DNA from: Candidatus Dormiibacterota bacterium
GTDB taxonomy: Bacteria > Chloroflexota > Dormibacteria > Aeolococcales > Aeolococcaceae
DNA length: 64,000 nt
NCBI GenBank assembly: GCA_036495095.1
Contig: DASXNK010000107.1
Coordinates: forward strand, 11,042-75,041
Direction of reading: 5' to 3'
A model generated the notes under the pieces. It worked only from the letters and a program-made list of their open reading frames with translations, made no database searches and was not told the origin of the DNA. Of this stretch, positions 8,741 through 17,743 are shown piece after piece; the first letter of the stretch is position 1; each line of letters starts with the position of its first letter. Made by a program: the position numbers and the translations under genes.

Positions 8741-9912
8741 TCCGCATCGGCGCCGGGGAGCGCCGGGCCCGGCTGGCGCGGCGCCACCACCTCGCGCCGG
8801 CCGCCCGCGCGTCCGGCCCGGTCGAGGTGGCCGCCGGCCTCGTCGCCCTCCACGCCACCGACCCGGCCACGGTGTTCCTCGCCGCCGCCGCGCGGATGCG
8901 CCTCCCCGAGACCGCGGCCGTCGAGCGGGCGCTCTACGAGGACCGCGTTCTGGTGCGGATGCTCGGGATGCGCCGGACCATGTTCGTGGTGCCCCGCGAC
9001 CTGGTGGGGGTGGTGCAGGCGTCGAGCACCCGGGCGATCGCGGCCCTGGAGCGGCGCCGGAGCCTGCAGCTGCTGGAGGGGGCGGGGATCGGCGGCGACC
9101 TCGCCGCCTGGCTCGCCGGGGTCGAGGAGGCCACCCTGGCCGCGCTCGCCGCCCGCGGCGAGGCGACCGGGGCGGAGCTGTCCGCGGACGTGCCCGGGCT
9201 GCGCACCCGGGTGCTGCTCTCCGAGGGCAAGCCCTACGAGAGCCTGCAGAACATCACCACCCGGGTGCTGACCCTGCTCGCCGCCGACGGGCGCATCGTC
9301 CGCGGCCGGCCCCGCGGCACCTGGATCTCCAGCCAGTACCGGTGGTCGCCGGTGGAGGCGTGGCTGCCCGGCGGGGTGGCGGAGTGGACCGCCGAGGCGG
9401 CCCGGGCCGAGCTGGTGCGCCGCTGGCTCGCCGCCTACGGCCCCGGCACCGAGGCCGACCTGCGCTGGTGGACGGGATGGACGGCGGCCCAGGTGCGCGC
9501 CGCCCTCGCCAGCTGCGGCGCGGTGGCCGTCGACCTCGACGGCGTCCCCGGCCTGGCGCTCCCCGGCGACCTCGAGCCCGAGCCGGCGGCCGAGCCGTGG
9601 GTGGGGCTGCTCCCCGCCCTCGACCCCACGGTGATGGGCTGGGCCGGGCGCGACTGGTACCTGGGCGAGCACGGCCCGGCCCTCTTCGACCGCTCCGGCA
9701 ACGCCGGTCCCACGGTGTGGTGGGACGGCCGGATCGTCGGGGGCTGGGGTCAGACCCCGGCTGGCGGCGTCGCCGTCGAGCTCCTGGAGGACGTCGGGGC
9801 GGAGCCGGCGGTGGCGGTGGAGGAGGCGGCCGCGACGCTGGGCGGCTGGCTCGGCGGGGTCAGGGTCACCCCCCGCTTCCGGACGCCGCTGGAGCGGCGG
9901 CTCAGCTCCTGA
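8737..9912 (+). CDS. Winged-helix DNA-binding protein of the AlkZ/YcaQ (HTH_42) DNA-glycosylase family
   Basis: ERALYEDRVLVRMLGMRRTMFVV and the overall pattern match the AlkZ-like family. GTG start overlaps the upstream stop (GTGA). Confidence 0.65.
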   Translation: MIRIGAGERRARLARRHHLAPAARASGPVEVAAGLVALHATDPATVFLAAAARMRLPETAAVERALYEDRVLVRMLGMRRTMFVVPRDLVGVVQASSTRAIAALERRRSLQLLEGAGIGGDLAAWLAGVEEATLAALAARGEATGAELSADVPGLRTRVLLSEGKPYESLQNITTRVLTLLAADGRIVRGRPRGTWISSQYRWSPVEAWLPGGVAEWTAEAARAELVRRWLAAYGPGTEADLRWWTGWTAAQVRAALASCGAVAVDLDGVPGLALPGDLEPEPAAEPWVGLLPALDPTVMGWAGRDWYLGEHGPALFDRSGNAGPTVWWDGRIVGGWGQTPAGGVAVELLEDVGAEPAVAVEEAAATLGGWLGGVRVTPRFRTPLERRLSS

Positions 9913-10678
9913 GGGTCGCCTCGACGCCGCGGACGTCCCCGTCCTCGTCGACGAGCACGCCGGGGTCCGCGTAGCCGAGGCGGGCGAGGTCGCCGGCGAG
10001 CGCGCCCGCCTGGGCACCGCCGAGCTCGAGCAGGAGCGCGCCGCCTCGCCGGAGGAAGCGGACGCTGCCGGCGACGACGCGGCGGAGGACCTCGGTGCCG
10101 TCGGGGCCGCCGTCGTAGGCCAGCGCCGACTCGAAGGCGAAGGTGTCGCGCTGCAGCAGCGGCAGCTCCGGGGTGGGCACGTAGGGCACGACCGCCACGA
10201 CGACGTCGACGCGTCCCTCGAGGGTGGGCGGCAGCGGGGCGAAGAGGTCGCCGCGGTATGCCTCGACGCCGTTCGCCGCCGCGCAGGCGACGGCACGCTC
10301 GTCGAGGTCGGAGCCCACCACCCGCGCCCCGGGGTGGCGGGTGGCCAGCACCCGGGCGATCGCCCCCGACCCGGTGCAGAGGTCGATCGCCACGCCGTTC
10401 GCGGGCAGGCGCTCGGCGGCCCGGCACGCGAGCCGCTCGCTCTGCCAGCGGGGGACGTAGACCCCGGGGTCGACGCGGACCCCCACACCGCAGAACACGA
10501 CGCCGCCGGTGATCCAGGCGAGCGGCTCGCCGGTGAGCCGGCGCGCGACCAGCGACTCGAGGAGGCCGGCGTCGCCGGCGGCGCACGCCAGCAGCTCGCC
10601 GGCCTCCTCCGCCGCCGCGATGAAGCCGGCGACCGCCAGCCTGGCGGTGAGCACCTCGAGGTCGTTGGCCATCCGCAC
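9902..10678 (-). CDS. Class I SAM-dependent methyltransferase, HemK/PrmC-like
   Basis: Motif IDLCTGSGAIARVLA (SAM-binding GxGxG) and HemK-like N-terminal region. 258 aa. Confidence 0.7.
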   Translation of the reverse strand: MRMANDLEVLTARLAVAGFIAAAEEAGELLACAAGDAGLLESLVARRLTGEPLAWITGGVVFCGVGVRVDPGVYVPRWQSERLACRAAERLPANGVAIDLCTGSGAIARVLATRHPGARVVGSDLDERAVACAAANGVEAYRGDLFAPLPPTLEGRVDVVVAVVPYVPTPELPLLQRDTFAFESALAYDGGPDGTEVLRRVVAGSVRFLRRGGALLLELGGAQAGALAGDLARLGYADPGVLVDEDGDVRGVEATLRS

Positions 10679-10761
10679 CAGTACACCACGGGCACACCGC
10701 CGTCACCGTCTCGTTACCCGGTGCGGAGTAGTGGCCGCCGTATACTCGGCGCCGGATAGTC

Positions 10762-11439
10762 ATGAACGAGCCACGCCGCGACATCACCAACCCCCTCGCG
10801 CTGGCGGTCCTCGCGCTGCTCTTCGAGCGGCCGATGCACCCCTACGAGATCGCCTCGCTGATGCGCGAGCGCGCCATCCACGAGGCGATCAAGCTCAACT
10901 ACGGCTCGCTGTACACCGTCGTCGACCTGCTCCTCCGCCACGGGCTGATCGAGGCCCAGAGCACCGCTCGCGACGGGCGGCGCCCGGAGCGCACCGTGTA
11001 CCGGCTGACCGACGCCGGCCGTGCCAGGTTCCGGGGCTGGCTGCGGGAGCTGCTCCGCACCCCCGCCAAGGAGTACACCCAGTTCGCCGCCGGGCTCGCC
11101 TTCGCCGCCGCGGTGGGCATCGACGAGCTCGGCTCGCTGCTCGAGGAGCGTGCCGGCCGCATCGAGGCCGAGCTCGCCGAGGCGCGAGGGATCTTTGCGG
11201 ACCTCACCGCGAGGGGCCTGCCCCGGCTCTTCACGCTCGAGGGCGAGCACGCGATGGTGCTCCGCACCGCCGAGCTGGAGTGGGTCCGCGGCGTGATCGC
11301 CGCCATCGCCGGCGGCCGCCTCGCCCTCCCCACCGCGGAGGAGATGGCCGTCCTCCACCAGAACTTCCCCACCGCCGCGCCGATGCCGGCGCAGAGCGAC
11401 GGATCCGCACCTTCACCCCGAGAGGAGACGCCCCTGTGA
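10762..11439 (+). CDS. PadR-family transcriptional regulator
   Basis: N-terminal winged helix LALAVLALLFERPMHPYEIASLM ... GSLYTVVDLLLRHGLIE is typical of PadR. Confidence 0.8.
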   Translation: MNEPRRDITNPLALAVLALLFERPMHPYEIASLMRERAIHEAIKLNYGSLYTVVDLLLRHGLIEAQSTARDGRRPERTVYRLTDAGRARFRGWLRELLRTPAKEYTQFAAGLAFAAAVGIDELGSLLEERAGRIEAELAEARGIFADLTARGLPRLFTLEGEHAMVLRTAELEWVRGVIAAIAGGRLALPTAEEMAVLHQNFPTAAPMPAQSDGSAPSPREETPL

Positions 11440-12383
11440 TCGAGACCAATGGGCTGCGCCGCAGCTTCACGACCCGGCGGGGCGAGGTCGAGGCCGTCGC
11501 CGGCATCGACCTCCGCGTCGACGCCGGCGAGATCGTCGGCTTCCTCGGCCCCAACGGGGCGGGGAAGACCACCACCCTGCGGATGCTGACCACCCTGCTC
11601 GTGCCCAGCGGCGGCGAGGCCACCGTGGCCGGCTGCGACCTGCTCCGCGAGCCCCGTCAGGTGCGCGAGCGGATCGGCTACGTCGCCCAGGGCGGCTCCA
11701 CCGATCCCACCGTCACCGGCCGCCACGAGATGGTGCTCCAGGCCCGCCTCTACGGGATGGACCGCGCCACCGCCGAGGCGCGCGCCGCCGAGGTGCTCGG
11801 CGCCCTCGACCTCACCGCCTGCGCCGACCGCAAGGGCGGCACCTACTCGGGCGGCCAGCGCCGCCGCCTCGACCTCGGGCTGGGCCTGGTCCACAAGCCG
11901 CAGCTGCTCTTCCTCGACGAGCCCACCACCGGGCTCGACCCGCAGAGCCGCGCCCACCTCTGGGACGAGATCCGCGGCCTCCGCGAGCGGGGCACCACGG
12001 TGTTCATCACCACCCACTACCTCGACGAGGCCGACGCCCTCTGCGACCGCCTGGCGATCATCGACCACGGCCGCATCGTCGCCGAGGGCACCGCCGAGGA
12101 GCTGAAGCGGGATGTCGCCGGCGACGTGGTCACCGTGGGCGTCCTCGAGGACGTCGACGCGGCGCTGCGGCTGCTCCAGCACCAGCCCTTCGTGCGCGAG
12201 GCCACCGTCGACGAGGGCACCGTGCGCCTCTACGTGGAGCGCGGCGAGGCCGCCATGCCGCTGATCCTCCGCCTCCTCGACGGCGGCGGGCTGACCCTGC
12301 AGACCATCTCGCTGGCGCGGCCGTCGCTCGACGACGTGTTCCTCCGCCAGACCGGCCGCTCGCTCCGCGACGAGGCCGCATAG
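11436..12383 (+). CDS. ABC transporter ATP-binding protein (DrrA-like)
   Basis: Walker A GPNGAGKTT, signature YSGGQRRRL, Walker B LLFLDEPTTGLD. Start overlaps the PadR stop (GTGA). Confidence 0.85.
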   Translation: MIETNGLRRSFTTRRGEVEAVAGIDLRVDAGEIVGFLGPNGAGKTTTLRMLTTLLVPSGGEATVAGCDLLREPRQVRERIGYVAQGGSTDPTVTGRHEMVLQARLYGMDRATAEARAAEVLGALDLTACADRKGGTYSGGQRRRLDLGLGLVHKPQLLFLDEPTTGLDPQSRAHLWDEIRGLRERGTTVFITTHYLDEADALCDRLAIIDHGRIVAEGTAEELKRDVAGDVVTVGVLEDVDAALRLLQHQPFVREATVDEGTVRLYVERGEAAMPLILRLLDGGGLTLQTISLARPSLDDVFLRQTGRSLRDEAA

Positions 12384-12389
12384 GAGACC

Positions 12390-13154
12390 GTGATGAGAGT
12401 CCTCCGCGACAGCTGGCTGGTCTTCCAGCGGAGCATGGGCCAGACCCTCCGAAACCCGGTGTGGGTCGTGGTCGGGCTCATGCAGCCGATCTACTACCTG
12501 TTCCTCTTCGGCCCGGTGTTGAAGAAGGTCGCCGAGTCGTCGCCCGACTACGGCGGCAACGCCTACGACATCTTCGTCCCCGCGCTGCTCGTGCAGATGG
12601 CGCTCTTCGGCTGCGTCTTCGTCGGCTTCGGCCTCATCGCCGAGCTGCGCTACGGGGTCATCGAGCGGATGCGCGTGACCCCGATGAGCCGGCTGTCGAT
12701 GCTCCTCGGCCGGGCTGGCCGCGACATCGCCGTGCTGCTCTTCCAGTCGGCGCTGCTGGTGGTGATGTCGATCCCCTTCGGCCTGCACATCACCGCGACC
12801 TCGATCGCCATCATCAGCGTCCTCCTGGTGCTCATCGGGCTGGGGATGGCCTGCCTCTCCTACGGCCTCGCGCTCAAGCTGCGCAGCGAGGACGCGATGG
12901 CGCCGCTGCTCAATGCCATCTTCCTGCCGATCATGCTGCTCAGCGGCATGCTGCTTCCTCTGAGCCTGGCTCCCGCCTGGTTGCAGGGGGTGGGCCACGC
13001 CAACCCGTTCTACTACGCGGTCGAGGCGGCCCGGAAGGCGTTCCAGACCCCGGTCGCGGGCGGAACGGTCCTGGGTGGCATCGCGGTCGCCGCCGCTCTC
13101 GCCGCCGTCACCATCACCTGGGCGGCCCGCTCCTTCGGGCGGTCGGTGGCCTAA
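12390..13154 (+). CDS. ABC-2 type transporter permease (DrrB-like)
   Basis: 254-aa polytopic hydrophobic protein immediately downstream of the ATPase. Confidence 0.8.
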   Translation: MMRVLRDSWLVFQRSMGQTLRNPVWVVVGLMQPIYYLFLFGPVLKKVAESSPDYGGNAYDIFVPALLVQMALFGCVFVGFGLIAELRYGVIERMRVTPMSRLSMLLGRAGRDIAVLLFQSALLVVMSIPFGLHITATSIAIISVLLVLIGLGMACLSYGLALKLRSEDAMAPLLNAIFLPIMLLSGMLLPLSLAPAWLQGVGHANPFYYAVEAARKAFQTPVAGGTVLGGIAVAAALAAVTITWAARSFGRSVA

Positions 13155-13648
13155 ACCGGTCCCAGCGCGATCACCATGTCCTGGTGCGGCCTGCCGAGAT
13201 AGTCGGCAGGCCCACCCAGGGCGGTCCAGCCGAGGCGGCGGAAGAAGCGCACGTTGGCCACCTGCACGTGGGCGCGCATCACCCGGCCGCCGCGCTCGCC
13301 GGCGGTGCGCACCGCGTAGCGCACCAGCGGTTCGGCGACGTGGCGGGCCCGGTAGGCGGGCAGCACGCTGAGCCGGTCGCCCACCCAGACGCCCTCGCCG
13401 TCGAGGTCGAACAGCCGCACCGTCCCCGCCACCTCGCCGTCGCAGAAGCCGAGCACGTGGAGGGTCGTCGGGTCGGCGTCGCGGTCGTCGAGGTCGGTGA
13501 TCGCGAAGATCCCCTGCTCGTCGACGAAGACGCGCTCGCGGATGCGCAGGTGCACCTCGAGCTCGCCCGGCGAGGCCACCGGCCGGCAGTGGACGGTGGG
13601 CGGGCTAGTGGAGAGGGCGAAGGGGGATGCGCTCGAGGTCGTCACCAC
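13151..13648 (-). CDS. GNAT family N-acetyltransferase (MSMEG_0567/Sll0786-like)
   Basis: GNAT core RIRERVFVDEQ ... GTVRL. Sits immediately downstream of the radical SAM gene; the annotated start overlaps the rSAM 3' end, so the true start may be internal. Confidence 0.65.
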   Translation of the reverse strand: MVTTSSASPFALSTSPPTVHCRPVASPGELEVHLRIRERVFVDEQGIFAITDLDDRDADPTTLHVLGFCDGEVAGTVRLFDLDGEGVWVGDRLSVLPAYRARHVAEPLVRYAVRTAGERGGRVMRAHVQVANVRFFRRLGWTALGGPADYLGRPHQDMVIALGPV

Positions 13649-14741
13649 CGCTGCTCCGTTCCATGACTCCCATCACCGAGCACGCCTGGCAGCGGGCGCA
13701 GCCGGCGCGCACCGTCCCGGAGCTGATGCCGCGGGCCTGGAGGTGCGGCACCACCCGCCGGTAGATCGCGTCCATCCGCTCCGCCGGCGGCGGCGAGCAC
13801 GCCTCCATCAGGCTGCCCGGCACCGGCCGCAGCGGCACCACGAAGGGATAGACGCCGAGGTCGATGGCGCGCAGGCAGCCCTGCACGGTGACCTCGGGGT
13901 CCTCGCCCATGCCGATGATCACGTAGGTCGAGACCTGGCCGCGGCCGAAGAGCTCGACCGCCCGCTCCCAGGCGGCGAAGTAGCCCTCGATGCCGGTGCG
14001 CGCCTTCGCGGGGGCGATGCGGGCGAGCACCGCGGGGTCGAAGGACTCGACGTGGATGCCGACCGAGTCGACGCCGGCGTCGTGGACCCGGTCGAGCGCC
14101 GCGAGGTCGCCCGGGGGCTCGAACTGCGCCTCGATGGGCAGGCCGCTCGCCTCCTTGATCGCCGCCGCGCAGCGCGCCAGGTAGAGGGCGCCGCGGTCGG
14201 GGCCGTGGGTGCTGCCGGTGGTGAGGGTGACGTCGACCGCGCCGTCGAGGTCGCGCGCGGCCACCGCCACCGCGGCGAGGTGCTCGGGTCGCTTCACCCG
14301 CACCGTGCTCCCCGCCTGCAGGGTCAGCTCGATGCCGCAGAAGTGGCACTGGTCCTCGGTGTCCCAGTACGCGCAGGTCTGGATCACCGTGCTCGCCAGC
14401 GAGTCGAGGTGGAGGAGGGCGATCTTCCAGTAGGGGATGCCGTCGTCGGTGGTGAGGTCGTAGTACCGGGGACGCGCCGGCGCCGCCGCCGAGGCGAGGC
14501 GGACGCCCCCGCGGTAGATGCCCCAGCCCTCGTCCTCGCGTCGCATGGTGTACGGCGACCCGGCGACGTACGCGGCCGTCACCGGGACGGTCACCGGCAC
14601 CCCCTCGACGTGGATCATCCCCGCGTCGGAGGGGCCCGCGCCGCCACGCCGGGCCTCGACCGGCCCCTCCAGCCGCACGCCGCGGCTCTGCAGCTCGGTG
14701 AGCAGCCGTCCCAGGTCGGGCGTCACCGGAACAGTGGCCAT
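13605..14741 (-). CDS. Radical SAM protein (MSMEG_0568-like)
   Basis: Cys cluster CAYWDTEDQCHFC plus a C-terminal CARCQAC motif. ATG at 14741 preceded by a GGAGG-type RBS. ~378 aa. Confidence 0.65.
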   Translation of the reverse strand: MATVPVTPDLGRLLTELQSRGVRLEGPVEARRGGAGPSDAGMIHVEGVPVTVPVTAAYVAGSPYTMRREDEGWGIYRGGVRLASAAAPARPRYYDLTTDDGIPYWKIALLHLDSLASTVIQTCAYWDTEDQCHFCGIELTLQAGSTVRVKRPEHLAAVAVAARDLDGAVDVTLTTGSTHGPDRGALYLARCAAAIKEASGLPIEAQFEPPGDLAALDRVHDAGVDSVGIHVESFDPAVLARIAPAKARTGIEGYFAAWERAVELFGRGQVSTYVIIGMGEDPEVTVQGCLRAIDLGVYPFVVPLRPVPGSLMEACSPPPAERMDAIYRRVVPHLQARGISSGTVRAGCARCQACSVMGVMERSSGGDDLERIPLRPLH

Positions 14742-14857
14742 GCGCGCCTCCTCGCGACCGGACAATTCCACAAACTTTGGAAGACGACCGTTCACCAAAG
14801 GAAAACAGAATCTTGCCCGCGGCTTCGCACCGTGTCAAGGGTGCCAGGGCCCCGGCG

Positions 14858-15481
14858 TCACTCCTGCTCGAGATACCGGCGCAGCTCCTGGGTGGCCTTC
14901 GTCCAGGACTCGGCGTCGGCGAAGGTGCGGGCGTCCTCGACGGTGGTGCCGGGTGCGTGGTCGCCGCTGCCGGGGTCGAGACGCAGCCGCTGGAGGCCGT
15001 ACTCGGGGCGCCCGGTGGCCGGGTCCGGGTCGATGTACAGGTGGAGGGCCTCGCCGCTGCGGACGTGCATCTCCAGGCGGCGGTGGCCGGTGCGCTCGGG
15101 GCGGCCGCTCTCGTGCAGGACCACCCAGGCACCGCCCCGGTCGCGCGCCTCGGAGATCAGCCGCAGCGCACGCAGCCGTTCCAGCGCACCCAGGATCTCC
15201 CGGTGCCGGATGCCGAAGGCGGCGCCGGCGATCAGCCCCAGGTCGAGCTCCTCGGCGGCCATCCCGGTGCGCGCCAGGAGGCCGTCGAGGGTCTCCGGCG
15301 CCCGGGGGAAGGCGGCGGCCAGCTCCTCCACCGCGGTGTGCGCGCGGAGCTCGTCGGCGAACGCGCGGACCAGCAGCCCGGCGCGCTCGTAGAGGTCCGG
15401 ACGGACCATCACGACGGGGTAGAGGCGGGCCTCGTCCTCCCGCCACCGCCGCACCAGGGCGGCGATCTCCTGTTCATTCAT
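14858..15481 (-). CDS. Hypothetical protein (possible Nit1C-cluster accessory protein)
   Basis: 207-aa ORF with high GC3 and no recognisable motif. Lies upstream of the rSAM/GNAT pair. Confidence 0.45.
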   Translation of the reverse strand: MNEQEIAALVRRWREDEARLYPVVMVRPDLYERAGLLVRAFADELRAHTAVEELAAAFPRAPETLDGLLARTGMAAEELDLGLIAGAAFGIRHREILGALERLRALRLISEARDRGGAWVVLHESGRPERTGHRRLEMHVRSGEALHLYIDPDPATGRPEYGLQRLRLDPGSGDHAPGTTVEDARTFADAESWTKATQELRRYLEQE

Positions 15482-15587
15482 CCGAGTACCCGGCGTGTAC
15501 TATGTTCAACGCCTTGTCCTCTATCATGCACACGACCGGAAGGGGGGCGCCGAGCGCGCCGGGTCCCATCCGTGGCCCAGGCCCAGC

Positions 15588-16541
15588 ATGAGGCACACGG
15601 TCGTGCTGGCGCTGGGCGGCAACGCCCTCACCCCTCCGGACCAGTCAGGGGCCTGGGAGCAGCAGCGCGCCAACGCCGTGCCCCTCGCCCGCGCCGCCGC
15701 CGCCCTTCTCCACGCCGGCTGGCGGGTGGCGATCAGCCACGGCAACGGCCCCCAGGTCGGCGCTCTCGCGCTGCAGCAGGAGGCGGGCGCCTCCGGCGTC
15801 GCCGCCCAGCCGCTCCACGCGGTGGGGGCGATGACCCAGGGCCAGATCGGCAGCCTGCTGGCGATGGCGCTCGCAGAGGTCTGCGACGGCGGCGTCTCGG
15901 TGGTCTCCGTGGTCACCCACATGGTGGTGGCCGAGCCGGCGCCGGGCGCGGTGCCGACCAAGCCGATCGGCCCCTTCTACCCGCGGGAGCGGGCGCTGGA
16001 GCTGGCCGCGGAGCGGGGCTGGGCGGTGGTCGACGACGCCGGCCGGGGCTGGCGGCGGGTGGTCGACTCCCCCGAGCCGCTGGAGATCGTCGAGGCGCGG
16101 GCGGTCCGCGACCTCGTCGATGGCGGCCACCTGGTGATCGCGTGCGGCGGCGGCGGCATCCCGGTGACCCGCCGCGACGGCCGCCTCGACGGGGTCGAGG
16201 CGGTGATCGACAAGGACCTCGCCGCCTGGCGGCTGGCGGTGGAGCTGGGGGCGGGCGTGCTCGCGCTGGTCACCGGGGTGGACTGCGTCAGCCTCGACCA
16301 CGGCACCCCTCGCGAGCGGGCGATCACCGAGATGTCCCTGGCCGAGTCGGAGGCACTCGACAGCGCCGGGCACTTCCCCCCGGGGAGCATGGGTCCCAAG
16401 GTGGCCGCCGCCCGCCGCTTCGTCCGCGACGGCGGCGAGCTCGCGGTGATCACCTCGGCGGAGCACGTGCTCGAGGCGGTCGAGGGACGGCACGGCACCC
16501 GCATCGTCGCCGGCACGGGCACCGTGAGGGCGTCGGCTTGA
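15588..16541 (+). CDS. arcC: Carbamate kinase
   Basis: ALGGNAL, ISHGNGPQVG, KPIGPFY, ACGGGGIPV, EAVIDKDLA and GSMGPKV motifs all match the carbamate kinase family. Confidence 0.8.
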   Translation: MRHTVVLALGGNALTPPDQSGAWEQQRANAVPLARAAAALLHAGWRVAISHGNGPQVGALALQQEAGASGVAAQPLHAVGAMTQGQIGSLLAMALAEVCDGGVSVVSVVTHMVVAEPAPGAVPTKPIGPFYPRERALELAAERGWAVVDDAGRGWRRVVDSPEPLEIVEARAVRDLVDGGHLVIACGGGGIPVTRRDGRLDGVEAVIDKDLAAWRLAVELGAGVLALVTGVDCVSLDHGTPRERAITEMSLAESEALDSAGHFPPGSMGPKVAAARRFVRDGGELAVITSAEHVLEAVEGRHGTRIVAGTGTVRASA

Positions 16542-17734
16542 GCTCCGCGCCGGTGGCGCTGCTCACCTACTCGACCAAGCCGCGGGGCGGGGTGGTGCAC
16601 ACCGTCGAGCTCGCCGAGGCGCTCCACGACGCCGGCCGCCCGGTGCACATCGTCACCCTGGGCGACCCCGACCAGGGCTTCTACCGCCCGGTGCGGGCGC
16701 CCCACACCATCCTCCCCGCGCCCGCGTCCGCCGCCACCCTCGAGGAGCGGGTGACCGCGGCCGTCGACGCCCTGGCGGAGGGCCTGGCCCCGCTGGCGGG
16801 ACGCTTCCGGATCCTTCACGCGCAGGACTGCATCGCCGCCCGGGCGGCGGCGCGGGTGCGCGACCAGGGGGCTCGAGCGCTGGTGGTGCGCACCGTCCAC
16901 CACGTCGACGACTTCACCACCCCCGCGCTGATCGACTGCCAGCGGCGGGCCATCCTCGAGCCCGATCACGTGCTGGTGGTCAGCGAGCAGTGGCGCCGGC
17001 TGCTCGGCGAGGACCCCGGGGTCGAGGCGGAGGTGGTCCCCAACGGGGTCGACGCCGAGCGCTTCTCCGGCCCGGGCGCCGTGGACCCGGCGGAGTTGCG
17101 CGCCCGGGTGGGGGCCGAGGGCCGCTTCCTCTTCCTCACGGTCGGGGGGATCGAGCCGCGCAAGGGCAGCGCCGAGCTGCTCGAGGCGATGGCGGCGCTG
17201 TGCGGCGAGGCGGGGCCATCGCCGGTGCTGGCGGTGCTCGGCGGCCACTCGTTCCAGGACCACTCCGCCTACCGCGAGGCGGCGCTGGCGCGGGCCACCG
17301 ACCGGGGCCTCCGGCTGGGGACCGACGTGGTCGTGCTCGGCACCGTGCCCGACGCCGAGCTGGTGGCGTGGTATCGGGCCGCCGACGCGTTCGTGCTGCC
17401 CTCGACCCGGGAGGGGTGGGGGCTGGCGGTGCTCGAGGCGCTGGCCGCGGAGCGGCCGGTGGTGGCCAGCGACATCGAGGTGTTCCGCAGCTATCTGACC
17501 GACGGCGAGACCGCCCTGCTCGCGCCCGCCGGCGACGCCGGGGCGATCGCCGCGGCGATGCGGCGGCTGGTCGCCGACCGCGGGCTGCGCGAGCGCCTCG
17601 CCGGCGCCGGGCCCGCGGTGGCGGCGCGCTACAGCTGGGCGGCGAGCGCTCGTCGGCACGGCGAGATCTATGACCGCCTGGCGCCGGTGGCGCCCCCCGC
17701 CCGCTGGGCGGGACGCTTGGCCGCGCGCCGGTAG
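16538..17734 (+). CDS. GT4 family glycosyltransferase (possible MSMEG_0565-like)
   Basis: C-terminal GT-B motif VLPSTREGWGLAVLEALAAERPVVASD. TTG/GTG start overlaps the arcC stop. Confidence 0.75.
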   Translation: MSSAPVALLTYSTKPRGGVVHTVELAEALHDAGRPVHIVTLGDPDQGFYRPVRAPHTILPAPASAATLEERVTAAVDALAEGLAPLAGRFRILHAQDCIAARAAARVRDQGARALVVRTVHHVDDFTTPALIDCQRRAILEPDHVLVVSEQWRRLLGEDPGVEAEVVPNGVDAERFSGPGAVDPAELRARVGAEGRFLFLTVGGIEPRKGSAELLEAMAALCGEAGPSPVLAVLGGHSFQDHSAYREAALARATDRGLRLGTDVVVLGTVPDAELVAWYRAADAFVLPSTREGWGLAVLEALAAERPVVASDIEVFRSYLTDGETALLAPAGDAGAIAAAMRRLVADRGLRERLAGAGPAVAARYSWAASARRHGEIYDRLAPVAPPARWAGRLAARR

Positions 17735-17743
17735 GAGCCCGGC

